DNA of 64,000 bases, taken from the NCBI GenBank assembly GCA_002633005.1, contig NMRA01000562.1, positions 187,161 through 251,160 of the forward strand, read 5' to 3'. The notes beneath the pieces were generated by a model, which saw only the letters and a list, made by a program, of their open reading frames with translations, was not told where the DNA came from and did not search any database. Of the stretch, positions 1 to 12,761 are shown piece by piece; the first letter of the stretch is position 1, and each line of letters starts with the position of its first letter. This DNA comes from Phoronis australis. Taxonomy: Eukaryota; Animalia; Phoronida. The translations under genes were made by a program, and so were the position numbers.

Positions 1-3000
1 CCAGTGAATACCAAGGTATTTTTGAACGATTTTGGAGCTGAGTTTTGTGAATACGAGTTTTGTTTTTTACGCTAAACATCCAATGTGAACAGGAAACGCG
101 AGGAGTGTTCCTAGAGTGTGTCATTTAATGACTGGTCACGCTGCTCTAACTAAACAGGACAAAAGCCTTGATTTGAAGCAATGAATTGAAGATACGTGAC
201 ATCGAACTGTCTGTGGATACTGGACTGAAATAGGATCAATGTATTTACGACAAATGTTTCAGTGTAGGCATACCACCATGTGTATATACATGTACTCAAA
301 ACTGGACACAAATTTTGACCAATTTCTAAGCAAATATCTAAAAAATGAAATTCCATGCGATATGATTGCCCCATTATCAAATGACTAGTTAAGTAATATG
401 GTTTCTCGCGAATTTTTGTACGACTCTCCGGGCCTACAACCGGGGGCTGGAGCAAACTCTTTTTTACTTAATCAAAGTACAAAAACATACTTGATGTTTT
501 AAATGACGAGTGTTGATAGTGCGACTTAAAAAGGATACCACAGTAGTATCGAGATGAGACGATTCAGAAATTACGATATTTTGAACAATGTTAAATGGAA
601 AACTTTTAAGTAATATATAAGAATGAAGTGAGTTATTAAGTGACATATGTCACTATGAACACCAGTCCTACCGCAGTGTATCCATAGAAACCAAAAAGTG
701 TTAATCTGTTTTACTATTTCACGACTCCATTTTGCGACCGCCGCAAAATTCTTTGAAACAATCAACTTTCGCCATCGTGTGGGACGTCCCAGGGCAAAAG
801 TCATGCAGGGGTCTAGCTATATTCAACCAAACTGGCTTTTAAAACAGCATTATAATTATTTTATGCAGCATGTTGCCAAAAGGAACCAACTCCAGACAAG
901 AGACTCATCAGCTATGGAGCGACTTGAAACCGAGGCTACAAGGACAAAAGCTAAATTCATGCAAAATTTGAAAGTTTCTATGTCCAAATCACCGAGCTAA
1001 TAGCATAGAATTATTATCGAGCGCTGTTTTCCCCATTTACTCGCCATTTTACGTGAAATCTGCAGTTCATTGTCGGGTTCCAATAGAGGGCATTGTAAAA
1101 ACTGGCTTGTTTATTCCACTTAGTTCAATACGACGCCAGTGCACACGTATTCTGAACTCGAAATTGTGGACTGTTGAATGTCTTACATCCTATGCGTACA
1201 CCGGGTGTTCAAACATAAGATGTATGTATTTGTAACATGCTCTAGGAGGTCCGGTTTTATATCCGATTTTAAGACAAGACTGCTAAAATAACCGTTGTTA
1301 TGAAGCCATTACCGGTACCATGGCAACACGCCTGGCACGTGTATAGGATGTGTAGAAAGACATTCAGCACAATCATTTCACGGATCCAATAACCACGACT
1401 TTTGTTGATTTTAAAGTCCTATTTGCCAGTTCAAGCACTCAAAGTTAGGATGCTTTAACTCCGATTAAAACCGCGTGAACAACTAGTTTGTAGCTTTGAT
1501 TTGATCATTGTAGGCTTGAAGTATTAAAAGGCTATTTCACTCTCACTTACTGCCTGAACATAAAAAATGAAATTGAATAAATTAACACTAGCAATTTGGT
1601 TTAAAAAATAGCTGGTCATGAAAGCAATTAGCTTTTACCATTAAAAGAAATAGATGGATTAATGACCTGCTTCTAACTTGAAGCGGATCAATTTCCGAGG
1701 AGTTACATATAATTAATTGGCGAACAGTGTCACTACACACTTCTTCGCATACTCTTTCTAAATTGCCAAAGCGACGGGGGTTCTTTTTGGAAATGGCGGA
1801 TCTTGTGTGATCAGTGAACCTCTCCGAATGATCCGCATTCGAGCGTTGAAGCGGGTGACCTCGTCTCCTCACTAAAAGCCACTGGGCACGCCTCTCAGTG
1901 AAATTTCATTTATGTGTTTTTGTGGCAGTGATCAGTCATTTTAGGAGCGCACAAGGTTATTGGTGTATCGAAAACTCATTGCCAAACTGCAAGTTCAACT
2001 CAGACCAAGGTGTCCTAATCACCCCTTACTTCGTCTTGCATTCAGATTTTTCAAAACACAACGACAATGCAGAGCAGCTGATTGAAACTTTATGGGGCCT
2101 ACCATATTGTGAAAATACTGGTCCCAGCTGGATGGGAGTGTTTGGTTAAACTGAAATGTAATCAGCCGTTAGACCATTCGACACACAATAGAAGAACCAA
2201 CAGGCGCAATCACGCTCATTCCGTTAAAATGCCGTTCCCTTTGAAAAAGAACAGAAAACACTAACGTGACAAATAGATCCCCCCAAATGGACCCATTGAG
2301 ACTCGGTGTGCCAACAGTGACCCATAGCCGCACTTTTAAAAAATGATTTACTGTATGTTAAGGTAAACTATAAGAACATGCAAAGGTTCGAAATAGAAGA
2401 CCATAAGAAAACAGCATGGATGTGCTATGGGCTCGCCCTGGCGTAACTCAACTGGATGTCTCAAAATTTCCATGCTTTTAAGAAGACCTTAAGCTTTTTA
2501 ATGTATTCGACTCACCGGTCATAGCATTTGTTTGGATATAAGGCCAGCTCTTTTGTTTAAAGTTGTAAGTTTGTTGTTTGTTTCATGTCAGTCAGCTATT
2601 ATCTTTGACTAGTGCAACTAGTAAAGTATTGACTGACTATAACCATTCCATGAAAATATCGAATTGAAAGGTAAAACAAAACAGAACAAGAGGCAAAAAG
2701 ATGGAATGGAAAGCGCTTTAGTTGAAATAATGTGTTAACTAGTAAAATTTAAAATAGGATGGCCTTTTATTCGAAAAAAGCCCATAAAGACTTTACATGT
2801 ACCTTATTGGTGGAAATTTATGGTAAGCACTGATGTATTTAGAGTTCTTGATTGAACCAGTGGTGTCAGAAGTCAAATCAGATTCCCCATTTCAATCTAG
2901 CACAGTGCGGATTTGTAAGCCAGATAATTTGTTTGTACTAAAAGCAAACGTAACCATCTTTTAACTTGAAAGAAAAATTGTGCTCAAACACAGCGCAGCG

Positions 3001-3349
3001 GCCAAATCCCCCAAACAAGGTGAAAATATCAGAAAAACAATATTATGAGTATTATTAATTCTTGAATTCCTATTTTTAGAACAATTGTTGTTGGGTTTGG
3101 AAGCAGCAGTAGACAAAACGAATATCTTGGGAATAAGGAAAAACCTTTTCCTACCAAAATATTTGATAATTAAGTCCAAAAATTTAACCATTTTTAATTT
3201 TGCGCTACGGAATTGAACCAAAATATTTGTTATAGAAACACGGAAAACTGTCTATTTTGAACTTCGTATATTCTCAAATAAACCAAGACAGAACCATGGG
3301 TCTGTATCATAAGGCTTTAGTCAAAGATTTGGTCTAACACCGCATACAA

Positions 3350-3587
3350 CATGCGCGCACCCAGCCTTCAATATGGGGGGGCTCGAATTCCTGACTCAAT
3401 GTGGACCTTGTGGTAACAACAAATCGGGCAGACTAAAAAAAACTGGAGCACCAATGTGAATTGCGCTTTTCCGCATGTTAATGGCTCATTTTCTCCGTCG
3501 GACTTTTTGTCTCTCAGAGGCGGATCTTTTTGCCAAATGGGGGGCTCATTCGATCCCCCCGAGCCCCTCCCCCTGGGTGCGCGCATG
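3350..3587. mobile_element. MITE family A (hAT5-like)
   Basis: TIRs CATGCGCGCACCCAG / CTGGGTGCGCGCATG with a perfect 5-bp TSD TACAA. Confidence 0.85.
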
Positions 3588-4641
3588 TACAAGTATATTT
3601 GAAAAATTACTAAATCTCACTTGAGCAAAATGTCAAGTCCCTTAGAATATGACTATGCAACTTTTAGTTACTGGGAAAATTTCTCTACTTAATTCCACGA
3701 TTTTATGTGCTAATAATTACTTGGTTAAAGCTCTAATCAGTTATTGTGAAGTGGGATTATAAGTCCCGTTTAAATATTAACTTTTGACACGGCGCAAAGC
3801 GGCCGTTTACTCACAAATAACTCAGAAACGGTGGGAAGTCGGAAGTTGTTGACAGGAATATGAGGTTCTTACATATATGTATATGCACAAAGATGCACAT
3901 TGCGGGAGTCACCGTTCATTATTATTCTTGTAGTTGTTGTTATTATTATAGTGCCTCGAATTCCCGCAAGTGTACATTATTCGTGACATTGAGTTTTGCT
4001 TCCAAGATTTTTTTGATCGGCTGAGTAACGCGTTTATCCGCAAGGATTACAGTAGATTATCAGTCATTTGAATTGAGCCCAGTCTCGACTGTTAACGGTG
4101 TTTAAGATTCTGACAATTTCCAAACAAAATAAAAGGTGGTCACGGTTAAAGTTAGGCAAAGCACTGAACAGCTACCTGACAAATCCTAGAAATTGCGCGA
4201 TAATGATCACCTGTATATATGTGCAATTCTGCGCCATCGCAATAGAGATGATCCCTTCCGCCTTGCCTCAGTTTTGTGTTTAGACATATAGCTGACACGA
4301 AACAAGATGATCGGGTGCAAGTTGGTCCACCTCACAAACTGCTGAAAAAAGTTGTCACCGTGGTACCAATTCACTCCGTGTCAGTCCTGTTTACACACAT
4401 ACTTGCGCTCAATTTTCTCGTTCCTTGTCAGCTGATCCGTGTCAACTTCTGTAATGTAAAGGGACCAAATTTCTGTCCCTTTTCATGAGACAGATCCCCA
4501 GGCTGGGTTGCATAAATCTTATAAACTCTGAATAAGTGTCATTGTTGCAGGACAGCTCGAGAACACTGTTCGACAAAAGCAACGCGAGACGTGTTAATCC
4601 GGAGTCGTTGTATTTATCCAAGAATTTTTTGAGGAAGGTGT

Positions 4642-4779
4642 CAGTGGCGGATTTAGAGGGAGGCCAAAATTCTCCCAGAATCCATTTGGCAGTTCAAGGA
4701 TGCGAATGTCTGGGGGGCAAAATCCTGGCTAATACTCTGACTTGCCCCCCGCCATCTCAAAATCCTGGATCCGTCCTTG
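4642..4779. mobile_element. MITE family C (hAT5-like)
   Basis: CAGTGGCGGATTT ... GGATCCGTCCTTG, with degenerate TSD GGTGT/GATGT. Homologous to 36112-36259 and 46996-47155. Confidence 0.7.
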
Positions 4780-6847
4780 GATGTCATTTATAATTGACCA
4801 AACTTGACAAGTTCGCTGCGGTCAACATAACGTTAATTACCAGAGTATAAATACAGGTAATCCCTCATACTGTCGCATCGCGATTTTCGGTCTCGTTGGG
4901 ACATTCCCAGATGAAACGAATTCTCGATATGGCACCAGTATTCCTTTGTGTATGGGATATCGTATATTTATACCACATTTACGAAAATTATTTGCCCTAA
5001 TTAATTGATTTTGTCGTATGCGTTTTGTACAGCTGTGCCGAAGACGCGATTGCCAGGATCATTTCCACAATTTGCCGTTGAAACCGTTTTTAAGTTTAAG
5101 AATAACGGCATTTGTTTTCACGCAACGGCTATCAATTTTTAATGTTGCCATAATGTATGCCAATTTATTGCATAAGGTACATGTATACGCAGCCTCTATG
5201 CTGTTAAAAGGCTGTGTCCAAGTTGGCAACGATTTCTGTACTTTCATAGGTGTCCAACGGGTTAACGTATATCTTGTTAGCATTAACAGCGTTTACTTTA
5301 GGGTGTTAATTTCCTCAAACTTTCGTTGGTTTGTTGCATTTGGACATTCTTATTGATTGGATGTTAAGACATGCGGATGCTCAACATTGACCCACTAAAT
5401 CAGCGCATTTCATACAAGTGCTTGTTGTGTCACTGACCGTCAATAAAATTATGTTTTTTCTCAGTATCCAAAATTGAACGGTGTTACTAACTTCAAATGA
5501 ATCTGTCATCAATTCTTACCAATACTGACACAACTATTAACTTGTTATTAATTAGTCCGGAGTAAGTGGGCACACGCGAAACTTCTAGTCGCTAGCTTGT
5601 CGTTGTCAGAAAGCCTGTCTGTAGGATGAAAGACCTGAAGACCTTTTGGGAATAGCTACCGCTTAAGGATTCACTTGGTTTAGAATTTAATGGTTATGCC
5701 TTTGGGCTTCAAGTGCAGTATCATCGCACACTTGTATTATCGGCTTTATGCCGAGTTCTGGATACCGCTAGGAGTTGCACTACTACTGAACAGGAAGATA
5801 CAAAGGACGTTTTATATTAATAAGAACTAGATGCGATTTTATATACATCGACATATGGGTTCGACTATTAACCAACAATAAAAAGGCGCCTAAGTTTATT
5901 GAACTTGATAACTGTACTGTTCTATAAATGTCATTGACTACGAAACGTTGGATTTTGCAATTATACTCGTAGAAACATCTACATCACAGGAACCTTGACG
6001 CCGTCATTCAACCCAGGCTCATGAATAAATTCCTTCAATCGTTAATTGGTAGCTTCTAGAATTACCAACAAGTAACAAATGACTGAAATGCTTTGAAATG
6101 ACCAATAATAAAAGGTCAGACATGTGGTTTCGTTGGCTGTTTTACTGTACTTTACAAAAGGCCGCTTTACACGTCGCGAAAAGTATGTTCGACAAAAGTT
6201 TGTCTTCCCAGCAAGTGCACTAGATTGTAAAAAAACAAATACATGCAGGGCAGGTGTGCGTTCCGTAGATGCGTTAACTTCCTAAAACTGCAAAATCACG
6301 CATGCTAACGCGAGATATCGCTTGCTTCGTGAAATTCTTGCGTGTAGAAAATTTAACCCATTAGGAATAGTAGCTAATGTGAACTAACGTTTAAACGTGT
6401 GGAACATGCGTGAGTGACAAAATGTGTGACTTATAGACAGCGGGTTCTCGTCCACAGCTATAGACAGAGAACCTTTATGAGAGGCCTTCCACTCAATCAG
6501 AGTCAATAGTGAGGTGGTCAGGACCATTACAAGAATATCTGTGCGTATCTGGCTTGTAAATTGAAATGTCGATATGATCGTTGCCGGTTAAGCAACAAAA
6601 TATTCACTTAGCGTTGGAAGATATTATAAGATTCGTTTATAGCATAAAATCAGTGAAGAACGGCGAAAAAATACACGCACAGTTAGAATTGTTCTTATAT
6701 TGAGGCGACAAGTTCAACGTAGCAGTAGTCCTGTCAGTGCGTTGCAATCACAAGTCACAACAATTGGCCTTTGTCGAATGTCAATTTTACAGAGAGATAA
6801 ATTCGTAACACCACTTTTCAAATTTCAATCTGATGAGCATCCGTAAT

Positions 6848-6912
6848 TGGGCAAGCCACACTCTCATACTTCCAATACTGGGCAAGCCACACTCTCATAC
6901 TTCCAATACTGG
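6848..6912. repeat. 31-bp tandem duplication
   Basis: TGGGCAAGCCACACTCTCATACTTCCAATAC x2. Confidence 0.9.
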
Positions 6913-9662
6913 AATATCAACAGACAACTCAATGCAGTCAAATTGCTTGTAGCAGGGTATTTTTTCCATCGTCATTTGTGTTAGGATATAGCATATTGCA
7001 GTTCTCTTTTCTCACAAGATGCCTTTGGTTTCCCTGAAAATGTTTAAATGCGTATTGAGATAGAAGAGCCTGCTTCACCACGATACCATATCCTTTTACA
7101 GAAATAAACCAAAAGTAGATGCCACTCTTACAATCCGGCTGGTAGGCCTAATGGCCAGCTCAGCATCACGTACCCGTAGCAATGGCATTCATTTCTGCTG
7201 CTTACAGTGCACGTAAATTAATCCGCGAACTAGCTGGTCTCACCACCCGGTCAATGGACGGCAACTTTGTTCTCCGTGAATATCAGCTAGATTATTGCTC
7301 AAGTTACCCCAGTTGAGGTTGAAAGAACATGCATTTCCTGTTGAACGATTTAAATAAATCAGTTGACCTCATCGCTGATTGACCAATCAAGAAGCACATG
7401 TTATTATCCTAATCATATTCGAATGTTGATAGAGTATGTCCCGTAGTTCACTGTTTTACGGCCGTTTTCATTTGAAACTAAAGGTTTAGGGCACTGTAGT
7501 CGATCCAGGTGAACGTCCATAGTCTCCCACGGTAGTGAATCAAACCAATGGCCTTTGAATCAGAAGGACTTGTTGTGGTTCTACCACCCTGCAGGTTTGA
7601 ATTAATGTAGTTAACAGGATGGTAAACTTAGTCTATTACAAGAAAATTCAACGATTTCGTTGATGATTATTCAATTTCTCGAATTAATTAATAAATTTTA
7701 CCATATGCAATATATGCTTTGTCGCAACGACTTGTTTAATAATATACGTTGGTTTGATTTTCAATTCATGGGCGTTTGATGGTCTTGTTCGACAATTTCG
7801 CGTTCTCTCACTTGCTTCAGTAGTGTTGAATGCCATTTTTGTTCTGTCTGACTATATTCGACCAGAGTTTGTGAAGTGAACACGGGCATCGTGTGCATAC
7901 GTTTAGCCTGAGGGAATTTCACTTCTAACTTGTTCCTTGGACTTTGCCATATGACGAACAGAGGGAGATCGAAAAGTTTGGGTTTTCTTATAGTTTTACA
8001 TTGGCGCAAGCCTCCTCAAGTTTCATTCAGTTTTACCCACATGAGGATAGGGTAATGGGAAACTCTAGGTGATTTTTTCATAGAAGCTCCAAATAAGTGC
8101 AAACTATAAAAGAGTTTGGTTTATCTTGCCGAGTGTCTACAATCACCGGTGACTTAATGCACCAGAGGGACACCCCGTCAAAAATAGAATTGAGAATCCT
8201 TGGGTGACCGTCATTTGTGGCCTGTTGCTGATGGTCGGAAGCCCTCATAAAAGTCGACTATTATTTATGGTAACCATTTCTGTTGTGGTATTGTCCTCAC
8301 CCTCGCCAGCGACAGCAGTTAACCTACATTTCATTAATTAGCGATTTTGTGACACATTGAATGACCTCTTGCTGTCCTTTACATATAGGAATTGTCATTC
8401 ATCGGGATGCTCTCCCGTAAAAGATGTTAGCAAGCATGCGAAAACAATTCGGATGGTTATTGTGCCATTTAAGGTATGATGGCTCATGAGTTCTTGACCT
8501 CAGGTATTGTTGTGGTAGTTATGGTATGTTTGTTCCTCTCAGGTATGGTGAGGGGTAACTACGTTGCCTTTATGATGCAGGTGGTGTCATATCGGGTGAG
8601 CAAACGAAAGGGAAGGCAAACGTGGGAAGTTCCGCGAAAGTTGTATTGTTTCAGGAGTTTTTTCTATTTTCCATTGTCCCCCATATTCCTTGTTGAGGCA
8701 CTGCGTTAATTTGGAGTTTTAATGTGCCCCCAGTGTGTGGGCGGGAACGCACAGTTAGTCCTCAAACGGATATCAGCGATCGATGAAAAGCTATAATTAA
8801 TTATCAGAAAGATTACATCAAATCACATGCTACCTACGTACGTATACCCTATTTGTCATAAGTCAATTGTTTGGATCTGACTGGCTGGTTTCCATGGTCC
8901 TCGAGTATCGGCTTGGCCTGTCCGCGCCTGCGCTGTAGTTAACAAGTTTCTAGAGTGCGCAAACATTTTCCAGGAATCTGTATCGTGTCTCATGATCCAC
9001 AAATCAGGTATTACGCAAGCATTTCTTTCTCAAGTCGTGACAACTAATTAGACAGTTTTCGTTAAAAAAACAAACACGTGCCTTTCCGTGCTTATTTTCA
9101 GCGCATGAATGACACGAGAGTACTACTTTAGAGTAACACTTTAGAAAAACCAGTAGATTTGTGTTGAAAAAGGGGTGTTTTTTGTATACTTCCGAACTCC
9201 TAACAAGAACACGTAACTTTTACGCCCCCTATATACAGGGTGTCGCAATATTATGGTGCAGAGTATCTCGAGAAATGAAAAATGCGTTTAGTGTCTTCCC
9301 AATGGCAGCATAACCAATGTGTGTGAGTCATTAGTCACATACCGTTTGAAAGTTTCATTCTTATATTGGATTACTCCGACACTTGGAAACTCATTTGCAC
9401 TATTTGTCTTGACAGTCATTACATCATCGATTGCTGAACACATTAGAGGACATGTTGGCAGTCGCTCTATGAATGTTATCCTGAGATTTGTTAGCGAATC
9501 TTATGTGTATATTCTTTATACAAAAAGCAATCGAGTGGATTCAATTCTGATGACCGCGAAGGCCGGGGAACATCTTCTAAACTTGTCATCAGGGTGTTGT
9601 GTATGTCGAAGCACTACGTAAATAGCATCAAGCCTAAGATGTAGATGATCCTTGTACAATGG

Positions 9663-9798
9663 ACACGCCGCCTATGAACAATTTAACGTCTTACAAACAC
9701 GCCACCTATGAACAATTTAACGTCTTACAAACACGCCACCTATGAACAATTTAACGTCTTACAAACACGCCACCTATGGACAATTTAACGTCTTGCAA
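9663..9798. repeat. 34-bp minisatellite x4
   Basis: ACACGCCACCTATGAACAATTTAACGTCTTACAA repeated about 4 times. Confidence 0.95.
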
Positions 9799-10942
9799 AT
9801 AAGTTTTTATTCGCTTGTTTACCATGACGTATTTGCGTTTTGAACCCAATCAACTAAAATTAAAGTGACAATGTTAAATCCAATGACAATTTTTCAACCA
9901 GATTTACGTACATGTAGTGCTCTATATTATTAAGAGTGTCTGCACAAGAACGTCAGGCAAAACTGGGAACATGACATATGTCAGTTATACAGAAAAAACG
10001 AAACCACAACATGTGTGTAGACTGATTGATGTATTGAGAGCTTCCGACCATGCTAGTAGGAAGAACATGAACTAAATATCAAACAGGTAAAATGCAATAC
10101 ACCAATCACATAATAGACAGGCCAATCAGAGAATAGCTTGAACTGAAGTGTTTACAAACTTGATTTCGGAGTAACAACAATAGGATTAAAGGCCAAGAAT
10201 TGGCATGCTAAAAACAAAGCAATGCACTATGGTTAATTGCATTTATAGAAGACAAGAATAAATATAATGAAGCTGGCACTAAACTAGTTGCATATAAAAA
10301 GAATCAAAGATATGGCCTCTTAACAACTGTGTTTATGCAGTAATAGCTAACTTAAATTGAATGCATAAAGGGGTCACGTGGCAGAACTGGCAAACCCATT
10401 CTACTAACATATCACAAACATTTTGGCATATAGCTTATTTGAACGCCTAGGTGGCATAATGAATAAATGAAACGTTTGTTTGAAAAACTAACAGCTTCGA
10501 AAAATTTGTGATTCTTTCATTTTGGGAATAAAATTTGATCGGCGTTCATAAATGCCAATTTTAGCAAATTTTAGTCAACTTCCGCGAAATACCAGTAGAA
10601 GGAAATTACTTAAGGTTTCTAGCATGATCAGTCAGAAAACGCAAAAACATAAATAAACTTTTCTTTGCAAGTCCCTCATTTCAGACATCAATTGAACATT
10701 GGCCGCCAAAGGCGGCTCTTAATAGGTTATCGTGGTGAGAATACAGGCTACATCCAAGTGCATGCGTAAATGGTGGGCAACATTTCACAGAAAAAAAACA
10801 TACTACATCTGACAGAGTTCCTTGGTGTGTTAGTTGATTTGAAGATTTTATACATGTAGGTGGTAACGTGTGCACTCCATGACCTGCCACTAAACATAAC
10901 CACTGTTGCCTGGTACCGTTGGGATAGGCAGATCGCTTTCAT

Positions 10943-11240
10943 GTTAAACCTTGCACTGGGTACAAGTCATTTTTCGCGTGAATTCAACATTTGTAAGCTT
11001 TTCCTGCAGTGCCACCTGGCGTTGGATTTTTTGCGTCACCTCGTCTTTTAAATCCCCGGTGTTTTTGGGCGGTAACCGCAATTTTCACAGCACAATGACG
11101 AAACTTGAATAGGTACTTCGGTTGGATTTTAACGTTGCACTGGATACAATGGTTTTTGAGCGTGAATTAAACATTCGGAAGCTTTCTTGAAAAAACACAA
11201 AGTGCCACCTGGAGTTGGATTTCATTGTGTCGTCTTGTAT
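10943..11240. repeat. Diverged tandem repeat with ~185-bp spacing
   Basis: ttaaaccttgcactgggtacaa...cgtgaattcaacatt...gtgccacctggcgttggatttt recurs at about 11128-11225. Confidence 0.7.
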
Positions 11241-11702
11241 CGTCTGCGCAGTTATTAAGCGTAGGAATGTGACTTACTTTTTGCTTGGTGAGACGACAAC
11301 TGACGAAAATCAAATCATTCGGTGTTAATGTACAACGCCTATCAAAACACCACAACTTTTGGCAGTTTTTTAACTTCAAAATTTTGAAAAGGTCCTCGTT
11401 TTGGCATTACTTAAATCACGGGAAAGAGCGTCAACTGCCTTCATGAGAATTCGGTTTGTGGAAAAAACGCTGGATATGATGGTATCTAGACATATAATGT
11501 TTTGTTCAATTGGATGTTGACCAGGATTTTGACGAGACCTCTAATTTGAGCTACATTTGGTTGTGCTTTGTGGAAGTGGTCAAGAAAAACAAACTATAAG
11601 TAATATCAATGCTTTAATGATTAACGTTAACTTTGATCTCTGGTGAATTACGATGCATCAAAGAATTAGTTCATGTATATATTTTCAAATACTTTTTATT
11701 AA

Positions 11703-11868
11703 ACCGAGAACATGGCTAAGATTCCAAGCAAGAGTGGTGACAAAGTTCTGACGAATTGTTTGAGTTTCTGTTTTCATAAAGGGACTCTTGACTACTTTTC
11801 ATTTATGTCAACAAAAGAGATAATGATATGACATTATTTTCAAATTTGTGACAAGCCATGTTCTCTGC
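11703..11868. mobile_element. Small TTAA-flanked MITE
   Basis: TTAA|ACCGAGAACATGGCT ... AGCCATGTTCTCTGC|TTAA. Confidence 0.5.
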
Positions 11869-11989
11869 TTAATCCAAACAGTTAAGTTTGTTGACATTTC
11901 AAGTGTTTAACTGTGATTACCTGAACTGCAACATTACAACTTCCTCCTGTATTTTCACAATCATCCTTAGAGTGGTTTGGTTGATAGAG

Positions 11990-12205
11990 AGGCGGACGTC
12001 AAAAAATAGACTCGAAAAGAGTAAAAATAGTCAAATGGTCACTAGATGGCGTAAAATACTTCAAACCCATCCGCAAATGGGAGGATAGCGTCATTTCACT
12101 AACTGATGCACATGTGCCAAATTTCATGAAAATCCGGTGAGAACCTTTGAAGATACAGAGGTAACGGACGCGGGACGCCAGACGCCTAGACAGAGACGAC
12201 GGGAA
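11990..12205 (+). mobile_element. Possible Helentron-associated (HINE/pearl-like) non-autonomous remnant
   Basis: catgtgccaaatttcatgaaaatccggtga...aacggacgcgggacgccagacg: a core-repeat motif followed by an ACGG/ACGC-like tract, as seen in invertebrate HINE elements. Termini not resolved. Confidence 0.35.
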
Positions 12206-12519
12206 TATGCACCTACATATAAATTGTATCAACTATTACCAATTTCAAGTGTACCTATTTTTGTAAATTAAACATAACTCGTACCCCATAATTTTGAGAC
12301 ACCCTGCACGTCCTCTATGGGTGTGTAAGAAAAGTAATCGCAACGACGTAACTACAGTATGACGTAGCTCAGTGGTGACGAATGATATGCAACCGAACGA
12401 CGGTTTTCAATGAAAACTTCCGTCGTGTCGTAACAATGGAAGAAGACTCTCAATGTCATTTAGGCCACAAGCCGTTTGAAACTCAAATTATTTCTATGTT
12501 TTGAGAAGAACTCACAGTT

Positions 12520-12761
12520 CATGCGCGCACCCAGCCTTTAATATGGGGGGCAATCGAATTTCAGACGATGTGGACCTTTTACAAACACAAAAGCGGGAGG
12601 ACTAAAAAATGAATCGTGTGTTACGTCTTTTTAGTGGGCTCTGGCCTCGTTTTCGTGGACTTTTTGTCACTCTCAGGCGGACCTTTCTGCCCACTTCGCC
12701 AAATCGGCGGGGGCTCGTTCGAGTCCCCAGAGCACCCCCCCCCCCCATGGGTGCGCGCATG
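12520..12761. mobile_element. MITE family A (hAT5-like)
   Basis: CATGCGCGCACCCAG ... TGGGTGCGCGCATG with TSD CAGTT. Confidence 0.85.

Larger units (their letters stand above)
9236..12306 (-). mobile_element. Degenerate Tc1/mariner-superfamily transposon (rosa/maT-like) with nested insertions
   Basis: TA|CAGGGTGTCGCAATATTATGG at 9236 and the inverted CAGGGTGTCTCAAAATTATGG ending at 12306. Minus-strand 9568-9521 translates RPSRSSELNPLDCFL, resembling WPxRSPDLNPLDFFLW. Confidence 0.6.

Noticed and set aside
1898-2149. 83-aa ORF with a signal-peptide-like N-terminus
   Set aside because: Starts at GTG, and has no processing sites, promoter or family motif.
6829-6860. CTGATGAG as a hammerhead core
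   Set aside because: No helix II-GAAA partner follows.
9663-9798. 34-bp repeats as a CRISPR array
   Set aside because: The units are contiguous with no spacers, the context is eukaryotic and there are no cas genes.
12361-12420. GTAGCTCAGTGGT tRNA-like A box
   Set aside because: No B box or cloverleaf follows.
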